A DNA stretch of 64,000 nt from an uncultured virus (IMG/VR IMGVR_UViG_2808606498_000012) (taxonomy: Duplodnaviria; Heunggongvirae; Uroviricota; Caudoviricetes). Below the pieces are notes generated by a model. The model made no database searches. It was not told the origin of the DNA and saw only the letters and a list, made by a program, of their open reading frames with translations. Every line of letters begins with the position of its first letter. The first letter of the stretch is position 1. The stretch lies in IMG/VR virus record IMGVR_UViG_2808606498_000012. The stretch is one strand, 5' to 3'. The translations under genes were made by a program, and so were the position numbers. Shown here in pieces: positions 18,199 through 28,192 of the stretch.

Positions 18199-18762
18199 CT
18201 ATTGCTCGTCATGCGCATTCTTCGATGAGATGTCGCGCGACCCACTCCGCGACCGGCGGACTGACGGCGTTTCCGGCACCTTGAGCTTCTGCAAAGTTGG
18301 CCGCATCCAGTCCCTTGCAAAGCCCATGATGCTCAATCGTTCGGCTCCGCTCAGCCATCGCACTCCATCCGTCCTCGATAGCGACGAGGCCAGAACCGCC
18401 GAGGTTGATTTGGCCGGGTGCGCTGCCAGCAAGTAAGGTAGGGTAAGCCCATCCCGCGAGGCCGATGCCAGTTTGTTGCGCTTTCGGCGCGCGAGGAAGG
18501 CTGTCCACTGGTCCGGCATCAGCCAGCAGCTCGACGGGGGGCTGGCATCCCAAACCGGCGACCATGAAAACGCGACGGCGTTTCGTGGGGACTCCGAAAT
18601 ACTGAGCATTAAGCACCCGCCAGAATCCCAGATACCCGCATTCGGCAAGGGTCCCGATGACTGCCGCAAAGTCTTCGCCATCGTTGCAAGAGAGCAGCCC
18701 CGTGACGTTCTCAAGGACCAGCCAGCGAGGCCGCAGCTCGTTGATGATGCGGACGACTTCAT
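18199..18762 (-). CDS. Putative beta chain of the C5-MTase, overprinted in an alternative frame
   Basis: Long stop-free alternative frame carrying motif IX-like VRWLSGAERLSIMGFARDW. Confidence 0.75.
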   Translation of the reverse strand: MKSSASSTSCGLAGWSLRTSRGCSLATMAKTLRQSSGPLPNAGIWDSGGCLMLSISESPRNAVAFSWSPVWDASPPSSCWLMPDQWTAFLARRKRNKLASASRDGLTLPYLLAAHPAKSTSAVLASSLSRTDGVRWLSGAERLSIMGFARDWMRPTLQKLKVPETPSVRRSRSGSRDISSKNAHDEQ

Positions 18763-19075
18763 AGAAGAGTCCGCTGCGCTCGCCAGCGAGTCCGGCGCGC
18801 TTGCCCATGGTGCTGAGGTCTTGGCAGGGGAAGCCGCCGACGATGACATCGACGGGGAGCAGGTTGTGCCGTCCGCAGGTGCGCACGTCATCGAAGCGCT
18901 GGGCGTGGGGGAAGCGGTCTGCGAGTACGGCGCGGCGGATAGGGTCGATTTCGACCTGCCAGGCGGTACGGAAGCCGGCGCGCTCGAAGCCGAGGTCGAA
19001 GCCGCCGATGCCGGCGAAGAGGCTGCCGACCGTGGGGCTATGGGCGTGGTGCGGTGTGTCGGGGTTGGCATACAT
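18209..19075 (-). CDS. C5-cytosine DNA methyltransferase, alpha chain (lacks motif IX)
   Basis: SLFAGIGG (I), GGFPCQD (IV), LENV (VI), GVPTKRRRVF (VIII), GNAVSPPVA (X). Confidence 0.92.
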   Translation of the reverse strand: MYANPDTPHHAHSPTVGSLFAGIGGFDLGFERAGFRTAWQVEIDPIRRAVLADRFPHAQRFDDVRTCGRHNLLPVDVIVGGFPCQDLSTMGKRAGLAGERSGLFYEVVRIINELRPRWLVLENVTGLLSCNDGEDFAAVIGTLAECGYLGFWRVLNAQYFGVPTKRRRVFMVAGLGCQPPVELLADAGPVDSLPRAPKAQQTGIGLAGWAYPTLLAGSAPGQINLGGSGLVAIEDGWSAMAERSRTIEHHGLCKGLDAANFAEAQGAGNAVSPPVAEWVARHLIEECA

Positions 19076-19232
19076 GAGCGTCCTGAAGGTGTGACGCTCG
19101 GGGGCGTTCCGGGGCGGGGCTCGTGGCCCGCAAGGTGTTGATGGCCCGGCAGCGCGGGCACTTGATGACGAGGCGCGTGTATTCGCCTTCGCCGAGTTTG
19201 CGGCTGCATCCGCCGCATCGAATGTCCTGCAT
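19038..19232 (-). CDS. com: Mu Com-like zinc-finger regulator, copy 2
   Basis: MQDIRCGGCSRKL..IKCPRCRAIN; overlaps MTase start. Confidence 0.88.
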   Translation of the reverse strand: MQDIRCGGCSRKLGEGEYTRLVIKCPRCRAINTLRATSPAPERPRASHLQDAHVCQPRHTAPRP

Positions 19233-19300
19233 AAAAGTCCGGTGTTGCCTGAGATCAAACGGCAGGATGCCGCACGCGCGCGCGCAAAGCACCGCCGGCC

Positions 19301-19325
19301 TGTTGTCGATCCCTCCGCCACAACA
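19301..19325. promoter_or_regulatory. Late-promoter activator box upstream of com-C5 MTase
   Basis: TGTTGT-N13-ACAACA, identical to 11023-11047. Confidence 0.7.
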
Positions 19326-19342
19326 TGGCAGCGCCGGCACCA

Positions 19343-20193
19343 TCACCCGGCGGCCGTACCCGATTCTTCCAATTTCTCCGGCTGGATCTCCAGCTCCAGC
19401 GAGCTGGTGTAGCCGCGATCGTTCAGGCTGTGCGTTACCTTGCCCACGCTCCACTGCGTGTTGTCGATTTCCCGTTTCCATCCACTCACGCTCGCATGCA
19501 GTGAGGGGAACAGGTCCGGCCGGCCGCGCGCCAGCGTGATCGAGAAGGTAGCCACGCCGCGCTGAATCCTGCGCCACGCGGCGCGCGCGCCGCGCTCGGC
19601 GTTGGCCTTCGATGCATAGGTGTGGCGCAACACCTTCACGTTATCCGGGTTGGGCTGCGCGGCCACCGTCGCGGCCTTCTTCGTCTTCTTCTTGACCTTG
19701 CCGTCCCGCTTCTCTTTCGTGACGGCGGCGTTGGAGGCGTCGACCACCACTTCGCCGCGCGTGCCGGCGCGGGTGTCCTGGTAGTAGGCCTTCACGCCGT
19801 TGTAGTTCTCGCGGTCGGCCACCAGGAAGGTGTGTGTGTCGCCTGCCTCTCGGGTGATGCTGACCTTCGGCAAGGCGAGGCCGGATCCGCTGGTTGGCTC
19901 GCCGGCTGGGATGAACAGCAGTGTCCCGTTCTTCACGGTGGCGATGGCATCGAAATCGCGCGCCAGGCGCGTCAGGAAGTTGGCGTCCGACTCGCCGGTC
20001 TGGTCCACGTGGGCGATGACCTTGCCGGCCAGCTTCTTGCTGACCATGGACGTGAGCTTGTTGCGTGTGGCAATGGCCTGCACGATGGCGCCGACGGTCT
20101 TGCCGGCGTAGGAGCTGTCCCGCCTGGTGGTGAGGCCGCCGTCCAGCTCCACACTACGCGCGCGGATCGTGAGGCGATCCGGCGGGCCGGTGT
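19343..20193 (-). CDS. P2 protein D, C-terminal part (copy 2)
   Basis: Near-identical to 11065-11912. Confidence 0.9.
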
Positions 20194-20293
20194 NNNNNNN
20201 NNNNNNNNNNNNNNNNNNNNNNNNNNNNNNNNNNNNNNNNNNNNNNNNNNNNNNNNNNNNNNNNNNNNNNNNNNNNNNNNNNNNNNNNNNNNN

Positions 20294-20594
20294 TGAGGCG
20301 ATCCGGCGGGCCGGTGTGCTCCAGCTCGTCCACCTTGAACGTGCCTTTGCTTACCACGCCGGTATCCGCCCACCCGATCGACAGCGCCAGGCGCACGCCT
20401 TTCGCCGGCAACTCCAGCAAGCCGTCACTGTCGTCCAGCTCGATGTCGAGCTGATCCGCCTCGAAGCCCGGGTTGTCGGTAAGCGTCAGCCCAATCAATC
20501 GGTCTTGGAAGCGGCCGGTGATGTCCTTGTCGCCGACCTTCAGCCGGTAGATGGGCTTCGGCTCGGTATCGCTGGTGAGCATCGCGGCCGTCAC
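20294..20594 (-). CDS. P2 protein D, N-terminal part
   Basis: RLIGLTLTDNPGFEADQLDIELDDSDG. Confidence 0.88.
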
Positions 20595-20753
20595 GACAGG
20601 GCCTTCGTCACAGTGGTCACGACCTTGGACAGCAGGTCATCATCGACGCGCGTCAGCTTGATTGTGAAATCGACCGCGCGGGCCGCGCCATCCTGGAAGA
20701 AGTAGGTACGCTTCACGTCCATGCTCTCGATGACGAACTGCCCGTAGTAGTGG
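20591..20753 (-). CDS. P2 tail protein U, C-terminal part
   Basis: YGQFVIESMDVKRTYFFQDGAARAVDFTIKLTRVD. Confidence 0.85.
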
Positions 20754-20853
20754 NNNNNNNNNNNNNNNNNNNNNNNNNNNNNNNNNNNNNNNNNNNNNNN
20801 NNNNNNNNNNNNNNNNNNNNNNNNNNNNNNNNNNNNNNNNNNNNNNNNNNNNN

Positions 20854-21154
20854 TGAGGCGATCCGGCGGGCCGGTGTGCTCCAGCTCGTCCACCTTGAAC
20901 GTGCCTTTGCTTACCATGCCGGTATCCGCCCAGCCGATCGACAGCGCCAGGCGCACGCCTTTCGCCGGCAACTCCAGCAAGCCGTCGCTGTCGTCCAGCT
21001 CGATGTCGAGCTGATCCGCCTCGAAGCCCGGGTTGTCGGTGAGCGTCAGCCCAATCAATCGGTCTTGGAAGCGGCCGGTGATGTCCTTGTCGCCGACCTT
21101 CAGCCGGTAGATGGGCTTCGGCTCGGTATCGCTGGTGAGCATCGCGGCCGTCAC
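20854..21154 (-). CDS. P2 protein D, N-terminal part (other copy)
   Basis: Near-identical to 20294-20594. Confidence 0.88.
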
Positions 21155-21722
21155 GACAGGGCCTTCGTCACAGTGGTCACGACCTTGGACAGCAGGTCAT
21201 CATCGACGCGCGTCAGCTTGATCGTGAAATCGACCGCGCGGGCCGCGCCGTCCTGGAAGAAGTAGGTACGCTTCACGTCCATGCTCTCGATGACGAACTG
21301 CCCGTAGTAGTGGNNNNNNNNNNNNNNNNNNNNNNNNNNNNNNNNNNNNNNNNNNNNNNNNNNNNNNNNNNNNNNNNNNNNNNNNNNNNNNNNNNNNNNN
21401 NNNNNNNNNNNNNGGTACGCTTCACGTCCATGCTCTCGATGACGAACTGCCCGTAGTAGTGGCCGGTGCCCTCGATGAGCGTGTAGGCGTCGCCGGTATT
21501 GGCCATGGCCTCCAGCGCGGCCAGTGTCCACTCGCCGCCAGTGAGTTCCGGCAGCAGCTTGCCGGACAGCGTGATCGTCTCGTCGTCCTGCCCGGTGAAC
21601 TGGCGGGCTGGCCGCCGGCCGACCCGGTTGTTCGACGGGTGCCGCCAGCCGACCTGGCGCTGAAATTCTTGGTAGGGGGCCGTGTCCAGGCTGAACACAA
21701 ACAGCCCCAGTGCCATCATCAT
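21151..21722 (-). CDS. P2 tail protein U (gapped, overlapping contig ends)
   Basis: MMMALGLFVFSLDTAPYQEFQRQVGWRHPSNNRVG. Confidence 0.88.
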
Positions 21723-21724
21723 GG

Positions 21725-21901
21725 TCAATCCGTATCGGTGAAGCGCGAGCGTCCACGCGCCGCGCGTTGGTTCTCGATCTGCCGAAGCCGGTCTTCCACC
21801 AGCCGCGCAATCAGCCGTTCATCGCTACCCGCCGGCGGGTTGATGACGATGGTGATGGGTGCGGCGGCAGCCGGCGCCGCGGTGCCAGCGACCGAGCTGG
21901 C
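21725..21901 (-). CDS. Tape measure protein T, C-terminal end (one copy)
   Basis: PITIVINPPAGSDERLIARLVEDRLRQIE, as at 22313-22485. Confidence 0.8.
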   Translation of the reverse strand, partial: ASSVAGTAAPAAAAPITIVINPPAGSDERLIARLVEDRLRQIENQRAARGRSRFTDTD

Positions 21902-22001
21902 NNNNNNNNNNNNNNNNNNNNNNNNNNNNNNNNNNNNNNNNNNNNNNNNNNNNNNNNNNNNNNNNNNNNNNNNNNNNNNNNNNNNNNNNNNNNNNNNNNN
22001 N

Positions 22002-22310
22002 GGTACGCTTCACGTCCATGCTCTCGATGACGAACTGCCCGTAGTAGTGGCCGGTGCCCTCGATCAGCGTGTACGCATCGCCGGTGTTCGCCATGGTCTC
22101 CAGCGCGGCCAGCGTCCACTCGCCGCCGGTCAGTTCCGGCAGCAGCTTGCCGGACAGCGTGATCGTCTCGTCGTCCTGCCCGGTGAACTGGCGGGCCGGC
22201 CGCCGGCCGACCCGGTTGTTCGACGGGTGCCGCCAGCCGACCTGGCGTTGAAACTCTTGGTAGGGGGCCGTGTCCAGGCTGAACACGAACAGCCCGAGTG
22301 CCATCATCAT
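22002..22310 (-). CDS. P2 tail protein U, N-terminal part (other copy)
   Basis: Near-identical to 21414-21722. Confidence 0.88.
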
Positions 22311-22312
22311 GG

Positions 22313-25300
22313 TCAATCCGTATCGGTGAGGCGCGAGCGTCCACGCGCCGCGCGTTGGTTCTCGATCTGGCGCAGCCGGTCTTCCACCAGGCGCGCAATC
22401 AGCCGTTCATCGCTACCCGCCGGCGGGTTGATGACGATGGTGATGGGCGCGGCGGCAGCCGGCGCCGCGGTGCCAGCACCCGAGCNNNNNNNNNNNNNNN
22501 NNNNNNNNNNNNNNNNNNNNNNNNNNNNNNNNNNNNNNNNNNNNNNNNNNNNNNNNNNNNNNNNNNNNCCGGTCAGCCTGGCCGCGACCGATTGAACGGC
22601 CTGCAGCGGGCCGGCCTGTCCGCGCGTGATGCCATCCCCCAAGCCGGCCATGGTGAACCCGCCCAGCTCGGCGAAGACGCGGGATGGCGAGTGGATGCCC
22701 AGCAGGCTCTTGAAGGCCGTGATCGCACCGCTTGCCACGCTGCCCACGGCATCCGTGACCCAGCCGATGGCGCTGCGGATGCCGTTGGCCAGCCCCTGCA
22801 CGATGTTTGAGCCGAACTCGGTGAACTTGGCCGGCACGTCGAACCCGAACCACTGCAACACCGGCGCGAGCGCGGCGTAGAACAGGCCCGCCGGCGACCA
22901 GTTCAGGATCAGCGCGGACACGCCGGCGATGCCGCCGTCGAACGCCGTCTTCACCTGCTGCCACAGCCCCGAGAAGAACTCGCTGATCGGCTCCCAGTAC
23001 CGGTAGATCAGGTAGGCCGCGACCGCAATTGCCGTCACCAGCAGGCCAATCGGGTTCATCAGCAGCACCCGGCCCAGCACCGCCACGGCGCGCATGACCA
23101 CGCTGAAGGCGCCCGCCAGACCACGCAACACGCCCGACAGCACGCCGCCTGTGACACCGAGCTTGCCGAAGAGGATGCGCAACATCGCGTAGGGACCCAG
23201 CACGGACGCCACGGCCAGCATGATCGGCCCCAGCACCAGCAGAGAGGCCGCCAGCGCGCCGACCGCGACGGCGGCGGCCTTAGCCAGCGTTGGGTGGTTC
23301 TGCATGAACGAGGTGGCGCCCTCGGCGGCCTTGCCGACCAGCTCCAGGCCGCGCGCGTACAGCGGCAACACCTTTTCGCCCAGCGCCTTCTCCAGGTCGT
23401 GCACCTTCCCCAGCGTGTCCAGCTCCTGGCCTTGGGCAGTGCCCTTCGCCCTGGCTTCAAGCTGATCGATGCCAGCAGCACCTTCATTCAGCCGCATGTT
23501 CTTGTGGATCTGCTGGCGCTGCNNNNNNNNNNNNNNNNNNNNNNNNNNNNNNNNNNNNNNNNNNNNNNNNNNNNNNNNNNNNNNNNNNNNNNNNNNNNNN
23601 NNNNNNNNNNNNNNNNNNNNNNCATCCTGGCGGCCACCCGCTGAACGGCCTGCAGCGGCCCCTCCTGGCCGCGCGTGAGGCCTTCCCCAAGGCCGGCCAT
23701 GGTGAACCCGCCCAGCTCGGCAAACACGCGGCTGGGCGAGTGGATGCCCAGCAGGCTCTTGAAGGCCGTGATCGCACCGCTTGCCACGCTGCCCACCGCA
23801 TCCGTGACCCAGCCGATGGCGCTGCGGATGCCGTTGGCCAGGCCCTGCACGATGTTGGCGCCGAACTCGGTGAACTTGGCCGGCACGTCGAACCCGAACC
23901 ACTGCAACACCGGCGCGAGTGCGGCGTAGAACAGGCCTGCCGGCGACCAGTTCAGGATCAGCGCGGACACGCCGGCGATGCCGCCGTCGAACGCCGTCTT
24001 CACCTGCTGCCACAGCCCGGAGAAGAAGGCGCTGATCGGCTCCCAGTACCGGTAGATCAGGTAGGCCGCGACCGCAATGGCCGTCACCAGCAGGCCAATC
24101 GGGTTCATCAGCAGCACCCGGCCCAGCACCGCCACGGCGCGCATGACCACGCTGAAGGCGCCCGCCAGACCACGCAACACGCCCGACAGCACGCCGCCCG
24201 TAACGCCCAGCCTGGCGAACAAGATGTGCAGCATGGCGTAGGGACCCAGCACGGACGCCACGGCCAGCATGATCGGCCCCAGCACCAGCAGAGAGGCCGC
24301 CAACGCGCCGACCGCGACGGCGGCGGCCTTGGCGAGCGTCGGGTGGTTCTGCATGAACGAGGTGACACCCTCGGCGGCACTGGCGACCAGCTCCAGGCCG
24401 CGCGCGTACAGCGGCAACACCTTTTCGCCCAACGCCTTCTCCAGGTCGTGCACCTTCGCCAGCGTGTCCAGCTCTTGGCCTTGGGCTGTGCCCTTTGCCC
24501 TGGCTTCGAGCTGATCGATGCCAGCAGCACCTTCATTCAGCCGCATGTTCTTGTGGATCTGCTGGCGCTGCNNNNNNNNNNNNNNNNNNNNNNNNNNNNN
24601 NNNNNNNNNNNNNNNNNNNNNNNNNNNNNNNNNNNNNNNNNNNNNNNNNNNNNNNNNNNNNNNNNNNNNNNAGCTGATCGATGCCAGCAGCACCTTCATT
24701 CAGCCGCATGTTCTTGTGGATCTGCTGGCGCTGCAGGTACATCTGCGCGAAGAGGCCCGCCGCCGTGCGGTTGGAGAAGATGCTGCCGATGGCGTCCTCG
24801 ACCTGCTTGCGGTCGGTGATGCCCTTGGCGGCCAGCGTCGGCAGCAGCACCTTCTCCAGCCACGCGAACTGGTTCTGGCGGAACAGGTCCGCGCCCTTGA
24901 GCGCACCCGGGTCCATGAACGACACCTGCCCGGCCTTGTCTTCCTTGACCTTGCTGCGGTCGGCGATCAGGCCGAAGTTGTCCAGGTTGTGCAGCGCGCG
25001 CTTCGTCGTCTTGCCTTGGTACAGGTTCTGATAGGCGCTCATCATGGCCGTCCCCACGCGGTTGCCGCCCATCTCCTGCACCAGCGGTTCCAGCGTGTAG
25101 TAGAACGCCTTGTCGTCGGCGCCCTTCGCGGCGAGTCCACCGGTCTTGATGACGTTGAGCCATTCGTCAGCCTGCACGCGCCCGCCGGTCGCCGTGATGA
25201 CCTTCTGCACCATGTCGGCTTGCTTCTTGAACTCGCCCTCGCTCGCCAGGCCGCCGCGCAGCTCAATGACCTTGAGCATATCCACGAACTTGCGCTCGTT

Positions 25301-25877
25301 CTCGGCGCCGTCCGCCTGGCCGAACACGGCTGCGTTGGCGAACTTCATCTTGGCGAGCGTCGGCATCACCAGCTCGGCGTGGTGCGTGTCCGCGAACACG
25401 CTCATGGCGTCGCGCATCAACTCGGCCTTCTCGACCTGGCTAACGCCGTAGGCCTTCATCTTCTCGGCGAAGGCCAGCGCTTCCTTGGTGGACTCGTCGC
25501 CCAGACCAAGCGCGCCGATGCGTACCCGCTCCAGGTCGTAGTGCTTGGCCTCCCCCAGGCCCTTGAGCAATGGNNNNNNNNNNNNNNNNNNNNNNNNNNN
25601 NNNNNNNNNNNNNNNNNNNNNNNNNNNNNNNNNNNNNNNNNNNNNNNNNNNNNNNNNNNNNNNNNNNNNNNNNGCCGGTGATGGCCGCGTCCCGCGACAG
25701 CTTGCGGAAGCTGTCGATGCCGGCCTGCGTGCGCTCCAGGTCCTGGAGCTGGGCGCGCGTGGCCTTCACGGCCCGGGCCAGGTCGTTGTTGGCGTTCATC
25801 AGGTTGCGCAGCGGCCGCGTGGCTTTGTCCACGGCGGCCAGCACCACCTCCAGGCGCAGGCGGCGGGCGTCGCTCAT
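22313..25877 (-). CDS. Tape measure protein T, interleaved fragments of two copies
   Basis: Start MSDARRLRLEVVLAAVDKATRP at 25877; Ala/Leu-rich helical repeats; LGIHSPSRVF; 22569-23522 and 23623-24571 are paralogous. Confidence 0.88.
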
Positions 25878-26047
25878 TCCTCGGCCCCGCTGCGTTCGCG
25901 CGCGCGTTCGCGCCACTCCATCAGCTCAACGATACCCATGGCGTACAGCTCGTCCAGGCGGAAGGAGAAGATCACGCCGATGTCTGCGGCGGCGTCTTCG
26001 ACTCGGTCGGGAAGGTGTCCTGCTGCTGAGCCTTCGTCAGCAAAAAA
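25874..26047 (-). CDS. P2 E' tail chaperone extension (-1 frameshift product)
   Basis: Slippery TTTTTTG at 26041-26047; -1 frame reads ADIGVIFSFRLDELYAMGIVELMEWRERA. Confidence 0.85.
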   Translation of the reverse strand, partial: FFADEGSAAGHLPDRVEDAAADIGVIFSFRLDELYAMGIVELMEWRERARERSGAEE

Positions 26048-26298
26048 CCGGTCACCTCGACGGCCAGTTGGGTCAGGTCGGCCGGATCCAGCTTGCTCAC
26101 GTCGGCGGTGGTCAGCGTCGGCGTGGTGATGCGCGGCAGAACCGTGTGCAGGGCAGTCACGTCCATGCGCATCAGATCCATCAGGCTCACGCCGCGCAGC
26201 TCGCCGGCGCCGGGCTTGCGCACGGTGATCGTGCTGATCGTCTGTTCCCCGCGCGTGATCGGGGTGTCCAGGGTGATGGTTGCGGGTTTTTTTTCCAT
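25972..26298 (-). CDS. P2 tail assembly chaperone E
   Basis: ITLDTPITRGEQTI..RKPGAGELRGVSL..VLPRITTP. Confidence 0.9.
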   Translation of the reverse strand: MEKKPATITLDTPITRGEQTISTITVRKPGAGELRGVSLMDLMRMDVTALHTVLPRITTPTLTTADVSKLDPADLTQLAVEVTGFLLTKAQQQDTFPTESKTPPQTSA

Positions 26299-26536
26299 GG
26301 TGGTCAAAGCGATGAAGAGTTGAGGTGTGCCCGGGCGGATCAGCCCACCCGGGCGAGGTGGGCGGCGCCCGGGTTAAAGGCCGATTGCGCGGCGCTGCGC
26401 GGCCAGGCGGTCCNNNNNNNNNNNNNNNNNNNNNNNNNNNNNNNNNNNNNNNNNNNNNNNNNNNNNNNNNNNNNNNNNNNNNNNNNNNNNNNNNNNNNNN
26501 NNNNNNNNNNNNNGGGCGAGGTGGGCGGCGCCCGGG

Positions 26537-27046
26537 TTAAAGGCCGATTGCGCGGCGCTGCGCGGCCAGGCGGTCCACGCCGAAAATGATTTCGATGAAG
26601 TTCACGAAATCCAGCTCGCACCAGACTTCGCCGTTGACGCTCAGCTTGTAGTAGGACAGCGAAGACTTGACCTTGAAGGCGCCTTTTTCGCCGGCCTTGG
26701 CGCCGCCGAAGTCGATTTCGGTGTGCCGACCACGCACGATGATCTCCATCGAATCGGGTTCGCTGCTGTCCTCGCGCTGGTAGGAGCCCGCGAAGCGGAT
26801 CATGGCGCCGGCGACGGTGGTGATGCCGTATTGCTTGATGATTTCGCGCATCGGGCCACCATAGGTGGTTTCGATCTCCAACTTCTCGTTGCCCAGGTCG
26901 ATATCGATAGGGCCGTTCATGCCGCCGGCGCGGTATTGATCCAGCTTGCGCGCGAGCTTGGGCAGGGTGACTTCTTCGCATTCGCCGGCGTAGCTCACAC
27001 CATCCGCGAAGACGTTGAAATGTTTGAGTTTGCGTGGCAGAGCCAT
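26537..27046 (-). CDS. P2 tail tube FII
   Basis: MALPRKLKHFNVF..LPKLARKL..YRAGGMNGP. Confidence 0.93.
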   Translation of the reverse strand: MALPRKLKHFNVFADGVSYAGECEEVTLPKLARKLDQYRAGGMNGPIDIDLGNEKLEIETTYGGPMREIIKQYGITTVAGAMIRFAGSYQREDSSEPDSMEIIVRGRHTEIDFGGAKAGEKGAFKVKSSLSYYKLSVNGEVWCELDFVNFIEIIFGVDRLAAQRRAIGL

Positions 27047-27077
27047 GGAGATTCCTTGTCAGGTGGTGGGACGCAGC

Positions 27078-27528
27078 TCAAGCCGCCTTGACGGCTTCGG
27101 CGAACTGCATCAGGTAGCGATCGGTGATGCGCTGGCGGAACGTGAGGTCTTCCAGCGGCGGAACGGGCGTGTAGTCGTAGTCGATGGCGAGTTGCCCGGC
27201 CTTCAGCGTGTCCTTGCTGTTGGCGTCCGCGTCGAACCACGCGGCGCCGCCCAGCAGGTATCCGTTGCGGGTCAGCATGCGCAACTTGGCATTGATGCCC
27301 TCCAGCAGATCGCGCACGAGGGTGGGCGTCATCGGTAGGTCGTTCGCCCACATGTGTGCTTCCGCCATGGTGTCGGCCAGCACCTGCGCGGTGCGGGTGT
27401 AGTTCTCGAAGGCGAACAGCGGATCCGCGCTGCACGTGCGCGAGCCCCAGAAGCGGAAGCCGTCGCGGTGAACCAGCGTGGTCACCTCGTTGGCGTTCAG
27501 ATAGCCCGCGTCGGTGGCCGGGTCCTGG
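27078..27528 (-). CDS. P2 tail sheath FI, C-terminal part
   Basis: [36 protein letters not shown]. Confidence 0.92.
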
Positions 27529-27651
27529 NNNNNNNNNNNNNNNNNNNNNNNNNNNNNNNNNNNNNNNNNNNNNNNNNNNNNNNNNNNNNNNNNNNNNNNN
27601 NNNNNNNNNNNNNNNNNNNNNNNNNNNNGGGCGAGGTGGGCGGCGCCCGGG

Positions 27652-28161
27652 TTAAAGGCCGATTGCGCGGCGCTGCGCGGCCAGGCGGTCCTCGCCGAAA
27701 ACGACTTCGACGAAGTTCACGAAATCCAGCTCGCACCAGACTTCGCCGTTGACGGTCATCTTGTAGTAGGTCAGCGAGGACTTGACCTTGAACGGTGCTT
27801 TGGCGCCGGCCTTGGCGGTGCCGAAATCAATTTCGGTATGCCGGCCGCGCACGACGATCTCCACCGCATCGACTTCCTTGGTGTCCTCGTGCTGGTAGGC
27901 GCCGGCGAAGCGGATCATGGCGCCGTCGACGGCGGTGGTGCCGTACTGCTTGAGGATTTCGCGCATCGGGCCGCCGTAGGTGGTTTCCAGCTCCAGCTTC
28001 TCGTTGCCCATGTCGATCTGGATGGCGCCGTTCATGCCGCCGGCGCGGTATTCCTCCAGCTTGCGCGCGAGCTTGGGCAGGTTGATTTCTTCGCATTCGC
28101 CGGTGTGGACCACACCGTCCGCGAATACGTTGAAGTGTTTGAGGATGCGTGGCAGGGCCAT
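27652..28161 (-). CDS. P2 tail tube FII (other copy)
   Basis: Colinear paralogue of 26537-27046. Confidence 0.93.
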   Translation of the reverse strand: MALPRILKHFNVFADGVVHTGECEEINLPKLARKLEEYRAGGMNGAIQIDMGNEKLELETTYGGPMREILKQYGTTAVDGAMIRFAGAYQHEDTKEVDAVEIVVRGRHTEIDFGTAKAGAKAPFKVKSSLTYYKMTVNGEVWCELDFVNFVEVVFGEDRLAAQRRAIGL

Positions 28162-28192
28162 AGTGATTCCTGGTCAGGTGGTGGGACACAGC

